The notes under the pieces: model-generated
The model's input: only the letters and a program-made list of their open reading frames with translations
What the model was told of the DNA's origin: nothing
The model's database searches: none
Program-made: the position numbers and the translations under genes
Assembly: GCA_951406725.2 (NCBI GenBank)
Contig: OX597819.1
Coordinates: 93,454,001-93,516,000 of the forward strand
Source: Octopus vulgaris
Lineage: Eukaryota
DNA: 62,000 nt
Reading direction: 5' to 3'
Part shown: one piece after another, positions 25,920 to 37,984 of the stretch
How the letters are laid out: each line of letters opens with the position of its first letter
How positions within the stretch are numbered: the stretch's first letter is position 1

Positions 25920-25977
25920 AGAAACAAGAATGCATTCGTAGACCATGGTTCCATTTGGTCATCCTTTCATTTAGTGT
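25920..25977 (+). other. Candidate exon (unverified)
   Basis: ttatctatgtcttAG | 58 nt | GTaaga; open frame KQECIRRPWFHLVILSFS; no recognisable homology. Confidence 0.15.
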
Positions 25978-26729
25978 GTAAGAAAGAATAGAAATGGAAT
26001 GACTCTCATTAAAGTAAATACTGCTAGCAGAGTAAAGCACAACACATTTAGTAACTCAAGGATCAGAGGCTAGAGGTACTTTTTTTTATTTTTTAATTTG
26101 ATGCTCGGGAAAGTGAGAAAGTCTTTTCAACAGAAAGGAATAAGAGAAAATAAACAGAGAGAGAATTATAAGCACAGCAATCCTCAAACTAGAAGCCTGG
26201 TTCAACTATCTGCATCTAAGTAGACACCTTAAAAGTCATGCAAACATCATATGGTAGTGTCAGAGGGAACGATGATTTTAATCTGCCAACTACTCATTTT
26301 CATGTATTTTCACATATTTTCTGCCTGCTAATGTTACTCAAAAAGCATTGACTGACTGAAGTTTCCATATATGAAACTTATCAAAGTTGGTTTATAGTGG
26401 AATCAAACATAAAACTCCATAGTTTACAGGAAACATTTTAACCACATGGCCATGCCAGCACCCATAAAATCTTGTTGTATTAAAGGCATTTGAATCAAAG
26501 TAAGACTCATTTCATTGTAAATGTTGTCATTGTGATGAAGGAGAAGCATCTGGTTTCAGAATCATTCACTTTAAATTCTTATAGAATTTTCATTGAAACT
26601 CTGGTTTGATTCTAAATGATGCAGAGAATGAAGCATAAAAAAAGCAAATATTACTCACACTGCTGTGAAGCCTCAAATTTAAACAGACACAGAATATAGA
26701 AAGTTGTGATGTTTGTGCTTTTACCATAG

Positions 26730-26787
26730 CAAATGCATTAGTGATGAAAGGAGAATGGTTTTGACTGAGAATCAAATCCAGATTACT
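26730..26787 (+). other. Candidate exon (unverified)
   Basis: tttgtgcttttaccatAG | 58 nt | GTgagt; open frame KCISDERRMVLTENQIQIT; phase-compatible with 25920-25977. Confidence 0.25.
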
Positions 26788-27517
26788 GTGAGTGTGCGTG
26801 GCTTCTCCCCCTTATATTTGATATATAGTTATTTAGTTAGGAATATAGTTTGGGAAATGAAACCAGCTTTAGGTATTTTACTAATGGAGACAACATGTTG
26901 CCAAATTACATTGACTTTTTTTTTTGTTTTATTAAAGGAAAGAAATAGGAATTAAAATTCTTATCATCTCAGTTAATGTTCCAACAATATTTAGAATTGA
27001 AAACATAGATATAAAGGTTAGTTCTCTATAGCTTTAAGTTGGTTCTGTAAGATTAAATAACAATTATCAATGTTTTACAGTAACTTTAAGCTTAAACCTG
27101 ATATTGACTTCTAAAGTTCCTAAGATTGGTTTACTAAGCAAAGAGAAGGTTTATTACTTAACAGTGTGTTATTTCCATGCAGTAACATTGGTCATAGAAG
27201 TCCAATGTAATTATAGAAATAGCCTGTGTCTTTTGTATATCGTGATTTAATAAATGGGTGATCACATTAAAGGATTATTGAAATTTTTTTCTGTGTAAGT
27301 TTTGTAAGGGGAACAAATGAACAAACAGAACACATGACATTTGTAGATCACAGCAGACTGGTGAGATTAACTTGTTTGCAGTAGTTTAGTGTAGGTTTCA
27401 GTACCCAAAGTGGTTGCTCCCTTTCTTTAGCATAACATACCTTTGAATACTGCAAACACATTTTACACAGCCTGACACTCACCCCACTCCCCATCACATC
27501 ATCACCACCTTCTCTCT

Positions 27518-27554
<37 letters not shown>

Positions 27555-27634
27555 CCCCTCTCTCTCTCTCCGTTCTTTTCCCATTTGAGGCAACCTCAGT
27601 TGAGGTGTCATGTCCTGCCAGTTACTTGGTGACC

Positions 27635-27850
27635 TTGCTGTAGCTGGTGCCAAGTAAAAAGCAGCCAGTGCACTCTGTAAGGTGGTTGGTGTAAGGAAGG
27701 GCATCCAGTCATAGAAACCATGCCAAATCAGACAATAGGAACTGGTACAGTCTTCTGATTTGCCAGTTCCTGTTAAACTGTCCAACCCATATCAGCATAG
27801 ATAAGGAACATTAAATGATGACAACAGCAACAACGAATGATGATGATGAT
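27635..27850 (+). mobile_element. Family D (RTE-type tail)
   Basis: ggttggtgtaaggaagggcatccagtcatagaaacc...tccaacccatatcagcat...attaaatgatgac. Confidence 0.8.
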
Positions 27851-28959
27851 GATATTATTACCATCATATGCTTGATATTCATCCAGAACATGCAAAAAGC
27901 ACAGGGTTGGAAAGGGCATCTAGAAAATTTTTCTTCTCGTGGGGAAAGGGAAATAAAACTGAAGGAAGTGCAAAGTCTTGGAGATGTAACACATAAGAGT
28001 GAGATATGAAGAGGGGTAGATGGAATATGTAGGACCGGGATTGTGATGGTATGAAGCTAGTGCAAAGGTGTTAAAGGCCATTTAAGAAGTAAGAGAAGAA
28101 AGAAATGTCACATGTGTAGGAATACTGGGAAGGATGGGAATTGAACCACAGGCTAGTGGCTCATGGCTTCTTGCAGTTTACTTTCAGTGAAGAATTCAAG
28201 CAGTCCGGCAGTAGCCATGCTTAAATGAAATTTTAAAAAAAATATAAATAAATAAAACAATGTTAAAAGAAAACAGAACAAATCAGGTTTTGATTTTGGC
28301 ATTGTCATAAATGCTAACAACATTGAAACAAGCTTGCTATACTTAAGAAAAAAAGGTTTACTCATTAGCAATTAAAGAGAGTTAACATGCACCTGAAGCT
28401 TAGTTTACCAAATAACTGAACTGTGCACCTATACTGAATGCATATACACCATCTCTCCACTGGAAACTCTCATTACTAAGCAGATGTATGATTATTTTAG
28501 TTCTCATAAATCTATAAGCATAATTTACAATCAATATACTTAACATGAATATTTGTGGCTGAAGAATTATGTGGAAATTTATGTGACTAGGTTTATGTTG
28601 ATTAATTAACACTCAATGAGAATCAGGTAAGGTTATCTACTGAGCAGACAGCTATATATGGTTTCTTCTAAAATCAGAAACTGGTGCATGTATAGTCTAG
28701 CAAACACAGGATTGCAGATGGAGAAAAATCTAGGTCATTTACTGGTGTTACCATTATTGATGAAAATCATCTGTAATATAATGCTTTGCCATTATATACC
28801 TTTTAGAATGTATATGATATTGAATCAGCCTTGATGGAATCTGGATAAAGTATTGAATATGACTGATAAGCCACTTATAAATCAAATCGGCACGATGTTA
28901 TGATGCTTATACTTAGATTAAGGGAAGTTAATGGGATTTACAAAATGTTGTCTGCTGAT

Positions 28960-29330
28960 TGGATTGGCCAAAAAAAATAATCAGTGCAGTGATAAAAGAT
29001 GGATACAATAAACAAACTTTTAATCAAGATTAACACTTTATCCACAGACCCATTCAAGATAGTTAAAAAAAAGGGATTCAAGTTCTAGGTATATCGCTCC
29101 ACATCTGAGAAGCTAATGATGATATCTACAAACAAACAGATGATCCTTTAGACAGAGCTCCAGAAAGAGCAGTCAAATCTTTCTCAAATTACACACAACA
29201 GTTTTACTGCAAGGGCATATTGTTGGAATTATCCAGCAATGGACTTGCAGAGAGATATATAGATGGGGTGGGTATGGCTGAAATATCTTTGATTATAGGT
29301 TTGCATTATCAGAGCTGGTGTGGGGCTAAG
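28960..29330 (+). mobile_element. Possible decayed CR1/L2-type RT C-terminal fragment
   Basis: ttagacagagctccagaaagagcagtcaaa resembles LDR.Q.RAVK; little else is legible. Confidence 0.25.
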
Positions 29331-29924
29331 GAACAACCACAATTCTAAATCCATAACACAACAGTCACCAATTGATAGTAGTATCCATCAGCCTAACTGC
29401 AGGTAAAAAAAAAACACCAAGAAGATATTCTCATTTTAATTGGTATAAAATTATCAGTCATAATGCAAAATTATATGTAAGGGTGTTATATATTCCTGTT
29501 TGTTACCTAAATTGTAGCTGGAGCATTTAATCCTTCCTAATAGGCTTTTCACATGAAAACAATCCTTTTACTTGCTTTTTTTGAAATTCTATAAGAAAGA
29601 ACCCTACAGACAAATCTCCAGCATTTATTTTCCATTTTGTTTTTAATTCCACTCACAAAAATACCTCCAAAGCCAACCCTCTTTGACACTAAATGCAAAA
29701 CTTCTGAAAGAAAATACCCTGACAATATCCTTGCTTCCACTTTCAAATAGGGAAACACTAAGCTAGCTCCTGTTTTCACCAAAAATTTCTACTCTGCTCT
29801 CAATTAATGATGTTACTTGATTTGTCAGAAATATTCACAATATTTCCCTCAAAGTGTACCCTATCATCTTAAAAAAAGGGATGTCAGAGACATATGATAA
29901 TGTGAGTCAAATGAAGTCATTGTT

Positions 29925-30280
29925 GTGGCCGATGGCAGTACCACCTAACTGACACCCATGCTGGTGGCACGTAAAAATCATCATTTGAGCGTGGTTGATG
30001 CCAGTGCTGCCTGACTGGTCCTGTGCTGGTGGCACGTAAACAGCACCATTGAAGCATTGTCAATACCAGTACTGCCAGACTGGCCCTTGTGCCAGTGCCA
30101 CATAAAAAGCGCCCACTAAACTCTCAGAGTGGTTGGTGTTAGGAAGGGCATCCAGCTGTAGAAACTTTGCCAGGTCAGATTGGAGCCTGGTACAGCCTTC
30201 TGGCTTGCTAGCCCTCATCTAAACCAGCCAACCCATGCCAGTATGGAAAGCAGGCATTAAACGATGATGATGATGATGAG
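29925..30280 (+). mobile_element. Family D with three ~65-bp 5' units
   Basis: ggtggcacgtaaa motif at 29963, 30028 and ~30093, then gtggttggtgttaggaagggcatccagctgtagaaac...cattaaacgatgatgatg. Confidence 0.9.
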
Positions 30281-30479
30281 TCCTAGATGTACTAAAGACA
30301 ATAAGGTTTTCAAGATGAAGCTGCCTTTTAGCACAGGCTTATTTAATCAGGCTGATTTGGGGATTAAAAAATAGCAAAACAACCAACCATGATTGTTTCT
30401 CTATGCTTATCTAACAAGCTAATCTTATAAGTATACAATTTTTGTTGCCATGGTCAAGAGTAAAGTTAGTTAATTACTT

Positions 30480-30785
30480 AAGCCTTTTGCTCCCTATGGA
30501 ACATAATCCATTGACAAGTTATCTCAACTTTTCTCAATTCTGGGCCGTCATCTTCCAGGTTTTGTCCTTGATGCTTCTGCAGCTCTACATATTTTTCTAG
30601 GTAGGAATGCTGACCCTATGCAAACCCATTTTTACCTCTGGCAAGAAATGATTAGTATTAGTCTAGTCTCAATCCTTTGACTGGTCCAGCATGAGGACTC
30701 CTGTCAAGAGCTTGTGCTCCACTAACTTAGCTCTCGAGATCATTAAGGCACACAACCACCACATCACAACAAGGATTAGACTGGA
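30480..30785 (-). mobile_element. Family G non-autonomous RTE-like element
   Basis: Colinear with 49305-49695 (ccctatgcaaacccatttttacc, tcctttgac..gtcca, ttgctccc.atgga.cata). Confidence 0.7.
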
Positions 30786-31329
30786 CCTTGTGGTGAAAGG
30801 TTAAGATAAGGTGGGGTATATAATTCATAAGAATTAGACTACTACAAGGTTTTTTCACTCACTTGTATTAGAAAAACACATAAAAATATAACATTTTTAT
30901 TTTCTTTAGATTAAAATATTTTTATGTATATCAATGTATTTTATCTCATATGAAATATTAAGAATTAATATTGTGGATTATAACTGATTATCTACACTTG
31001 TAGCCATTCTAAGATGTTTCTTGTTATGTATAGTCTTTTAAGACAACTTAGGCTAATGTACTATTCATAATCTTTTGCGATAAAATGTAATTTTTAACTG
31101 GCTTCTTAATGTTAGCATATATGAATTTCTTGTACATAAAAATACTATACTATGTATCAGATATGATATGTGAGCTACTGAGATTAAATATTCTATTTGC
31201 TGGCTAAAAATTTACAAATTATTCGTTTTATTTCAAGAGTTATGTGGAATCACATTTATGTGTGAATGTGAATGTGCGTGTGTGCATGTGCGTATGTGTG
31301 TGTGCATGTGAGAGAGAGAGTAACAGACA

Positions 31330-31550
31330 GTGTGTGTGCGCGTTTGTGTTTGTATTTGTCTCCCTACTCACATGATAGCTGGTACTAGTTTGTTTGAATT
31401 CCTATAACTTATCAGTTTGGCAAAAAGAAGCAACAGAATTAGTACCAGATTTAAAGAATAAGTCCTGGTGTCAAACTTGCTCGACTAAACTTCCCAAGAT
31501 GGTGCCACAGCATAGGCACAATCCAATAACTGAACCAAGTAAAAGATAAA
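31330..31550 (+). mobile_element. Family A SINE, 3' half
   Basis: ctataacttatcagtttggcaaaaag...aagaataagtcctggtgtc...tgctcgactaaac...aagtaaaagataaaag. Confidence 0.8.
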
Positions 31551-31869
31551 AGATTTATTTATTTATTTAGTAATTTCTTATCTTTAAGTCGGTAGGGGAT
31601 TTAGTTGGCATGACTCTTTACAGGGCCTCCAAGACTGATGAGTGAGGTGGAGAGAAGCATTCTCTAATCAGAGACCTAGGCTAAATACTTGAAACTGAGT
31701 GAACTTTGCTGAAGGTCTACAGACACCCAATGTGTCAGACTGTGGGTAATGGGTTAACTACTATACAAATAGACCATAGATGGATTTGAACTCACAACAC
31801 AAAGAACTGCAAGAAGTACCACAAGGTGTCTAGTATTATGTTTTTACAATTCCAATCCAGCATCCTGAA

Positions 31870-32300
31870 AGGGAACCTTTTTTCTTCAAATCTGGTTAGA
31901 TAAAAGCAGCATTGACTTCAGTGTGATTATGAAGTATTATAAGATTAGATGGCACTGACTCAACCTGTTAAAAATAGCAGTTAAACCTCTCTCAAATCTC
32001 ACCTTAATGGTGCACTGGATAATGCCATCCAATTGACCACCCAAAAATGGAACTTTTCTTTTCAGCATTGGGAAGATGAGAGGCAGCACTGACCTCAGCA
32101 AGATTATAAAGCTTTATAAGATAAGATGGCATTGACTTGACCTGTTAAAAATAGCAGTTAAATTTTCTGCAAAAATCTCACCCCAGTCTTGCATTGGATA
32201 ATGTCATTATGGATAAACAAAAAATTGGATAATTGTAACTAGAATCTTCTTAATATAGACCAGCCTCGTCAAAAGTGAGGTTAGGTTAAATGACAGCAAT
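31870..32300 (+). repeat. Family F dispersed repeat as a 177-bp tandem pair
   Basis: gcagca.tgac...agatggca.tgact..acctgttaaaaatagcagttaaa at 31906 and 32083. Related motifs at ~8440 (-), 22560 (-), 48830-49030 (-), 51590 and 58195. Confidence 0.75.
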
Positions 32301-33107
32301 AACAACAACATCATATCCATGAAGAATGCTTAATTTCACATGGCTAACGTGTCATTTGTTTTCTGATTTAGAATTTTATTAATTTTCATTAGTCTTCATT
32401 TATTCTTTTACCCTATTTACCATTTCTCTTTCTTTTCAATTATATACCATTCGTCTTCATTTGTGAAGTCTTCCCATCATATGTGCATGTGTTAGCGTGC
32501 GTGCGGGCGGGCGCACGCATACGTGTGTGTGTGTGCATGTGTGTGTTTTGCATATCATCAAGTATATTTTTCATTTTCTACTATTTGCTGCATTACTTTC
32601 CCATTTACTCCTAAAGCCAATTCTAGCTATCTAATTTCAAATCTTATTTGGCACACTTCTAATTAAGTTTGTAGCAATCAACTGCTCAGAACATTAGTTT
32701 TTGTCTAAATCTTAGCTTCCATTCCCATCATATTGTCTATCTAGCATTACAAATTACATTTTACTCAGTGCAGTAAACAAGCACATAATATCATCAAACT
32801 CATTCACCATTGAAAACTTAGCCTGTAGCTTAGATTTGTTCAGTTTCCTCGAGACATAATAGATATACAAACTAAGATCTTTGATAACAGAGCTGTGGAA
32901 TTAAATCGTCTATTGGAAATGTTTAAACATTTAGTTTCTTTATTTCAAGCATTGTCATTTTCATTCCAAAAGTACTGAAGGCAGGTAAGGTAGCAGAGGA
33001 AGCAAAAAGAAAAAAAAACAGCCCCAAAAAACCCATAATCTCTGAACTCAAAAGTTAGTTTCGTTATTCTGTATTTGAAGTTCAAATTTTACTGGGGTAT
33101 ACTTTAA

Positions 33108-33326
33108 CCCTTTAGTGTTCGGATTATTCTATCAAACATAATGCTTATTGATTCACATTGATTTGAATTAATCATGCATTATCTCATATCTTCACCATCT
33201 TGATGGTGTAATTACTTAATGTAGAATAACATTGTAGGGTAGGTGTGAGGGCCTGGATCTGGTCAGTTTGAACGTAAGGCAGATTAAATATTTTGGCTGG
33301 ATATGACTGGTTTAAATACTAAAGGG
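33108..33326 (+). mobile_element. piggyBac-type MITE (family E), complete
   Basis: TTAA|ccctttagtgttc...aatactaaaggg|TTAA. Confidence 0.93.
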
Positions 33327-33493
33327 TTAATCTTGGTAACATTGATAACATAATAGGTGGTGGTGGTGGTGGTGGCAAAGGCTGCAGTGATGGTGGTGGC
33401 GTTGGTGGTTACTGTTGCTGTTATTATTGTTACTGTTTAGATCCAGATCAGCTCTAGATTGACCAAGCATGCATTTAAAAATTCTTGCTTTAA

Positions 33494-33714
33494 CCCTTTA
33501 GTGTTCAGATTACTCTGTTAAATGTAATACTTTTTCACTCAAATTGTTTTGAATTGATCCTGGATCATCTTACAGCTTTGATGTTTCAATGATGTGATTA
33601 CTTATTTTTAGAATGGCATTGTAGGTTAGGTGTGAGAGGCTAGATATCGCCAGTTTGAATATAAAACATGTGGAATATATTGGGCCAGATTTGGCCAGTT
33701 TAAACACTAAAGGG
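33494..33714 (+). mobile_element. piggyBac-type MITE (family E), complete
   Basis: TTAA|ccctttagtgtt...aacactaaaggg|TTAA with a perfect 12-bp TIR. Confidence 0.95.
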
Positions 33715-33765
33715 TTAATAATTGTTTTGATCTCAAGGAAGGGGCTTTAAATCTTTTTTTTACGC

Positions 33766-34004
33766 TTTTACTCTTTTACTTGTTTCAGTCATTTGACTGC
33801 AGCCATGCTGGAGCATCACCTTTAGTCGAGCAAATCAACCCCAGGATTTATTTTTTGTAAGCCTAGTACTTATTCTATCATTCTCTTTTGCCGAGCCGCT
33901 AAGTTACGGGAACGTAAACACACTATCACTGGTTGTCAAGCAATGTTGGAGGGGACAAACACAGACACACAAACACACACTCATATATATATATACATAT
34001 ATAC

Positions 34005-34035
<31 letters not shown>

Positions 34036-34210
34036 CATATACATATATACGGTGGGCTTCTTTCAGTTTCCGTCAACCAAATCCACTCACAAGGCTTTGG
34101 TCGGCCTGAGGCTATAGTAGAAGACTTGCCCAAGGTGCTACACAGTGGGACTGAACCTGGAACCATGTGGTTGGTAACCAAGCTACTTACCACACAGCCA
34201 CTCCTGCACC
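33766..34210 (-). mobile_element. Family A SINE, full length
   Basis: Reverse complement of the family A consensus with an internal CA/TA array. Confidence 0.93.
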
Positions 34211-34385
34211 TTAGCCATAGCATTTTTTATTTTGCAATACTAGTTCCAATTTGATGTATACATAACAACAAGGGAATTCCAATGGGATAGAAACTTTGGA
34301 GTAGAAGGACTGGATGATTAAACAAATAGAGTAGTCCTAGATACACTATACTGTAACAGACTAGTCAAAGTTAGAACACCTATCA

Positions 34386-34590
34386 TTAATCCATTAACAT
34401 TTAAACTGGCCATATTTGGTCCAAATATTCTACCTGTTTATGTTCAAACTGATCAGATCTGGCCTCTCCCATCTACCCTACAATGTCATTCTAAGAATAA
34501 ACAATCACAACGCCAAAATTTCAAGGCTACAAAGATAATCCCTGATTAATTCAAAATAATATGAATAAGTGAGCACTATATCTTACAAAG
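34386..34590 (-). mobile_element. Family E MITE, diverged
   Basis: aacatttaaactggccatatttgg...gatctggcctctccc...aaggctacaaagataatc. Confidence 0.8.
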
Positions 34591-34599
34591 TAATAAATA

Positions 34600-35170
34600 T
34601 CCTTTCTGCTGGAAGCACAAGGCCTCAAATTTGGGGAGTGGGATTAAGTCGAAAACATCGACTCCAGTGTGCAACTGGTACTTAATTTATTGAACCCAAA
34701 AGTATGAAAGGCTAAGTCGACCTTGGCAGAACTTGAACTCAGAACATAGCAAGAGATGAAATACCTATTTCTTAACTACCCACAAGTGTCTAAACACAGA
34801 GAGGACAAACAAGGACAGACAAATGGATTAAGTAAATTATATCGACCCCAGTGCATAACTGGTACTTAATTTATTGAACCCAAAAGTATGAAAGGCAAAG
34901 TCGACCTTGGCAGAACTTGAACTCAGAACATAGCAAGAGATGAAATACCTATTTCTTTACTACCCACAAGTGTCTAAACACAGAGAGGACAAACAAGGAC
35001 AGACAAATGGATTAAGTCGATTATATCGACCCCAGTGCTTAACTGGTACTTATTTAATCGACCCCGAAAGGATGAAAAGCAAAGTCGACCTCGGCGGAAT
35101 TTGAACTCAGAATGTAGCGGCCGATGAAATACCGCTAAGCATTTCACCCAGAGTGCTAACGATTCTGCCA
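34600..35170 (-). mobile_element. Family C SINE trimer (184-bp period)
   Basis: ggattaagt at 34641, 34825 and 35009; only the last unit carries the head (gctaacgattctgccagcttgc). Confidence 0.93.
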
Positions 35171-35464
35171 GCTTGCTGCCTTATCTCACAGAGTAATATG
35201 AACACAAAAGAGTTAAAGATGTTACAAATAATTTTAATTGAACTGGTTACAAGTACTACTTCAGCTGCTGTGAGCTACCATGGGTTGCTGTGGGCTGCAG
35301 CTGTAGAAGCAACAGCAACAACTGTCTATGCTTCAACTCCATATCTGAAACTATTCCTTCGAAAGATGTGTTCTAATTGTCAACTGACAGCTGGTTTCTA
35401 TTGCCACACATCGTAACTAATAGTGAATCTCAGTAACATCTTTTCCTGTTTCTTTGTCAATCTT

Positions 35465-35710
35465 CAACTATCTATTTGTCTATCTATCTATCTATCTATC
35501 TACCTGTATGTATGTGTGTATGTGCTCATACATACATGAATGTATATATATATAAATATGTAGATATGATGTCTGTCTGTAGGTATGTATGTATGTGTGT
35601 GTGTATGTGCGCATACATACATGAATGTATATATATAAGTATGTATATATGATGTCTGACTGTATGTATGTATGTATGTATGTATGTATGTATGTATGTA
35701 TGCATGTATG
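35465..35710. repeat. (TCTA)n/(TATG)n array with an internally repeated block
   Basis: tgtgc.catacatacatgaatgtatatatata..gatatgatgtctg occurs twice. Confidence 0.85.
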
Positions 35711-35994
35711 TCTCCATAAGTTTTCTACTTGTATATATGGTATGCAACAATTTTGTTTGTGCATGATTTTATACGTGATCAAGTAAGAATCTAATAAGTC
35801 AGAAAATACACTGAAAATGTAGGCATCCACCACGACCACCACTACTGCTACTAATGCCACCACTGTTGCATCACTTACCTTCCCCTATGACCTCCTCTCC
35901 TCTGGTTCATAGATACACCTAAATCTGGAAAGTCATTGTATTGGTAATGATTTGAGTAAGATTTGATTTGGCTGTAATCATCTATGTCCTTCTT

Positions 35995-36282
35995 CACATG
36001 TATGTGTATGTGCGCACGTCTGTGTACGTGTGTGTGTGCATGCATACATGTGTGTGTGCATGCATACATGTGTGTCAGTGTTATAGATATATGTATATAT
36101 ATATATATGTGTGTCCATGTATATATATATATATATATATACACATATATATACATACATATATGTGTATGTGTGTATGTATGTATATATACATATATAT
36201 ATATATACATATATATACATTACATATATATGTATGTGTGTATGTATGTGTTTATAGATATATACATACACACACACGTGTG

Positions 36283-36313
<31 letters not shown>

Positions 36314-36470
36314 AGATATGTGTATGCATATGTATGTATGTATAGATATGTGTATGCATATGTATGTATGTATGTATAGATATGTGTATGCATATATATA
36401 TATATATATGCGTGTATATACATGCATATCTATATGTGCATATGTGTAATCACATACTCACATACACACA
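35995..36470. repeat. Compound TG/TA microsatellite
   Basis: Visible array including a repeated tatagatatgtgtatgcatatgtatg block. Confidence 0.9.
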
Positions 36471-37389
36471 GGGAAGGTGAAGAAGAGGAAAATAGAGATG
36501 CGTTTGTTTTTATTTACTCTGTTTGCATTTTTCTTTCTTTATTTTTCTTTTCTTTTCTTTTTTTTTAGTTAATTCTTTCTCATTTATTTTCCTGTTCAAA
36601 ATTCTAAATTCAGATGTTTGCTCAAGAAATACAATTCATGCTGCATTAAAAATTCCTTAAATAATTTTCTATTTCATTCCATTTTTTTTTTTATTATTTT
36701 ATTCTATATTTGATATATTTTCCATTTTATTTTATTTTTATTCTATCTTTTATTCAATACAATTTGTTGGAAAATACAGCAGCGAATAGATTGCAGAATC
36801 TATTCAGTTTTGTTTCTTTTGACCAATATCATCTATGTTGTTGTGTAGAAAGCAGAATTAATATAATGCAGGCTGTAGTGGTTTGTAAATTTAAAAACAC
36901 ACACGCAAAAAAAAAAATAGAAAAAGGTAAAACAAAAAAAATAAAAACTACAAATAAACAACAAGAAAAAATAAATAAATTAAAACTGTGATTAAAGATG
37001 AAATTTGTGAAAACAAGACAATAAATAAGAACCTTAACATGTGTTGATGTCAGCCAGTCAAGGTCTAGTTGATTCAGGTTTTAAAACTGGCTGCAGGGTT
37101 AAAAAAAATGGAAGTAAAATTGAAAAAAAAATTTCCTTAAATTTAGTTTAATCATAGTTGACAGCCCTTATGTTGTTTTTCACACTTATGCAAGCTTTAA
37201 CTTTTAACTAAGAATGCAATCATCATCTCTGTAAAAAAAAAAGCTTTGTCAAATTGCTCGTTTTCTTTTATTTTTAAGACTTGCACAAAGTCTGACAGTA
37301 TGTTTTCCTATCAGTAGGGTTTCACCTTCATTGTTGTTGTTGTTGTTATTATTATTATTGTTATCACATCATCATCATCTTCATTATTA

Positions 37390-37770
37390 TTAAGGTGGTG
37401 AGCTGGCAGAATCGTTAGCACACTAGTCAAAATGCTTACTGGCATTTCATCTTTTTATTTTTACATTCTGAGTTCAAATTCCACTGATGTCAACTTCATC
37501 TTTCATCCTTTTGGGGGTCATTAAAATAAGTACCAGTTGAGCACTGGAGTTGATGTAATCAACTTACACTCTCCCACAAAATTTCAGCCCTTGTGCCTAT
37601 TAATAGAAAGCATCACCATCATCATGGCAGAATCATTAGTATTCTGGACAAAATACTTAGCAGTATTTCACCTGTTGCTATTCCACCAAGATCAACTTTG
37701 CCTTTCATTCTTTCAGGGTCAATAAAATAAGCACCAGCTGAACACTGGGTCAATGTAATTGACTCATCCC
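37390..37770 (+). mobile_element. Two head-to-tail family C SINEs
   Basis: aaggtggtgagctggcagaatcgttagc at ~37392 and tggcagaatcattag at ~37625. Confidence 0.85.
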
Positions 37771-37774
37771 CAAA

Positions 37775-37965
37775 TTTCTTTATTGCCCACAAGGGGACAA
37801 ACAAGTACAGACAAAATGATTAAGTCGATTACATCGACCCCAGTGCGTAACTGGTACTTAATTTATCAACTCCGAAAGGATGAAAGGCAAAGTCAACCTT
37901 GGCGGAATTTGAACTCAGAACGTAACAGCAAACGAAATACTGCTAAGCATTTTGCCTGGTGTGCA
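37775..37965 (-). mobile_element. Family C SINE, inverted relative to 37390-37770
   Basis: gattaagtcgattacatcgaccccagtgcgtaactggtac...ggcggaatttgaactcagaacg...gctaagcattttgcc. Confidence 0.9.
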
Positions 37966-37984
37966 GTAGCAAAATATCTTCATG

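Noticed and set aside
28153-28612. Minus-strand ORFs of 70-72 aa (MATAGLLEFFTE, FQWRDGVYAF)
   Set aside because: Short, AT-rich, no recognisable motif, and overlapping an equally weak plus-strand candidate.
32950-32984. 35-nt AG/GT-bounded micro-exon candidate
   Set aside because: The donor overlaps what looks like a decayed family C SINE head (aggcaggtaaggtagcag), so it is probably coincidental.
29925-35170. Regularly spaced repeats (65-bp and 184-bp periods) as a CRISPR-like array
   Set aside because: The whole unit is repeated with no unique spacers, there are no cas genes, and the context is eukaryotic.
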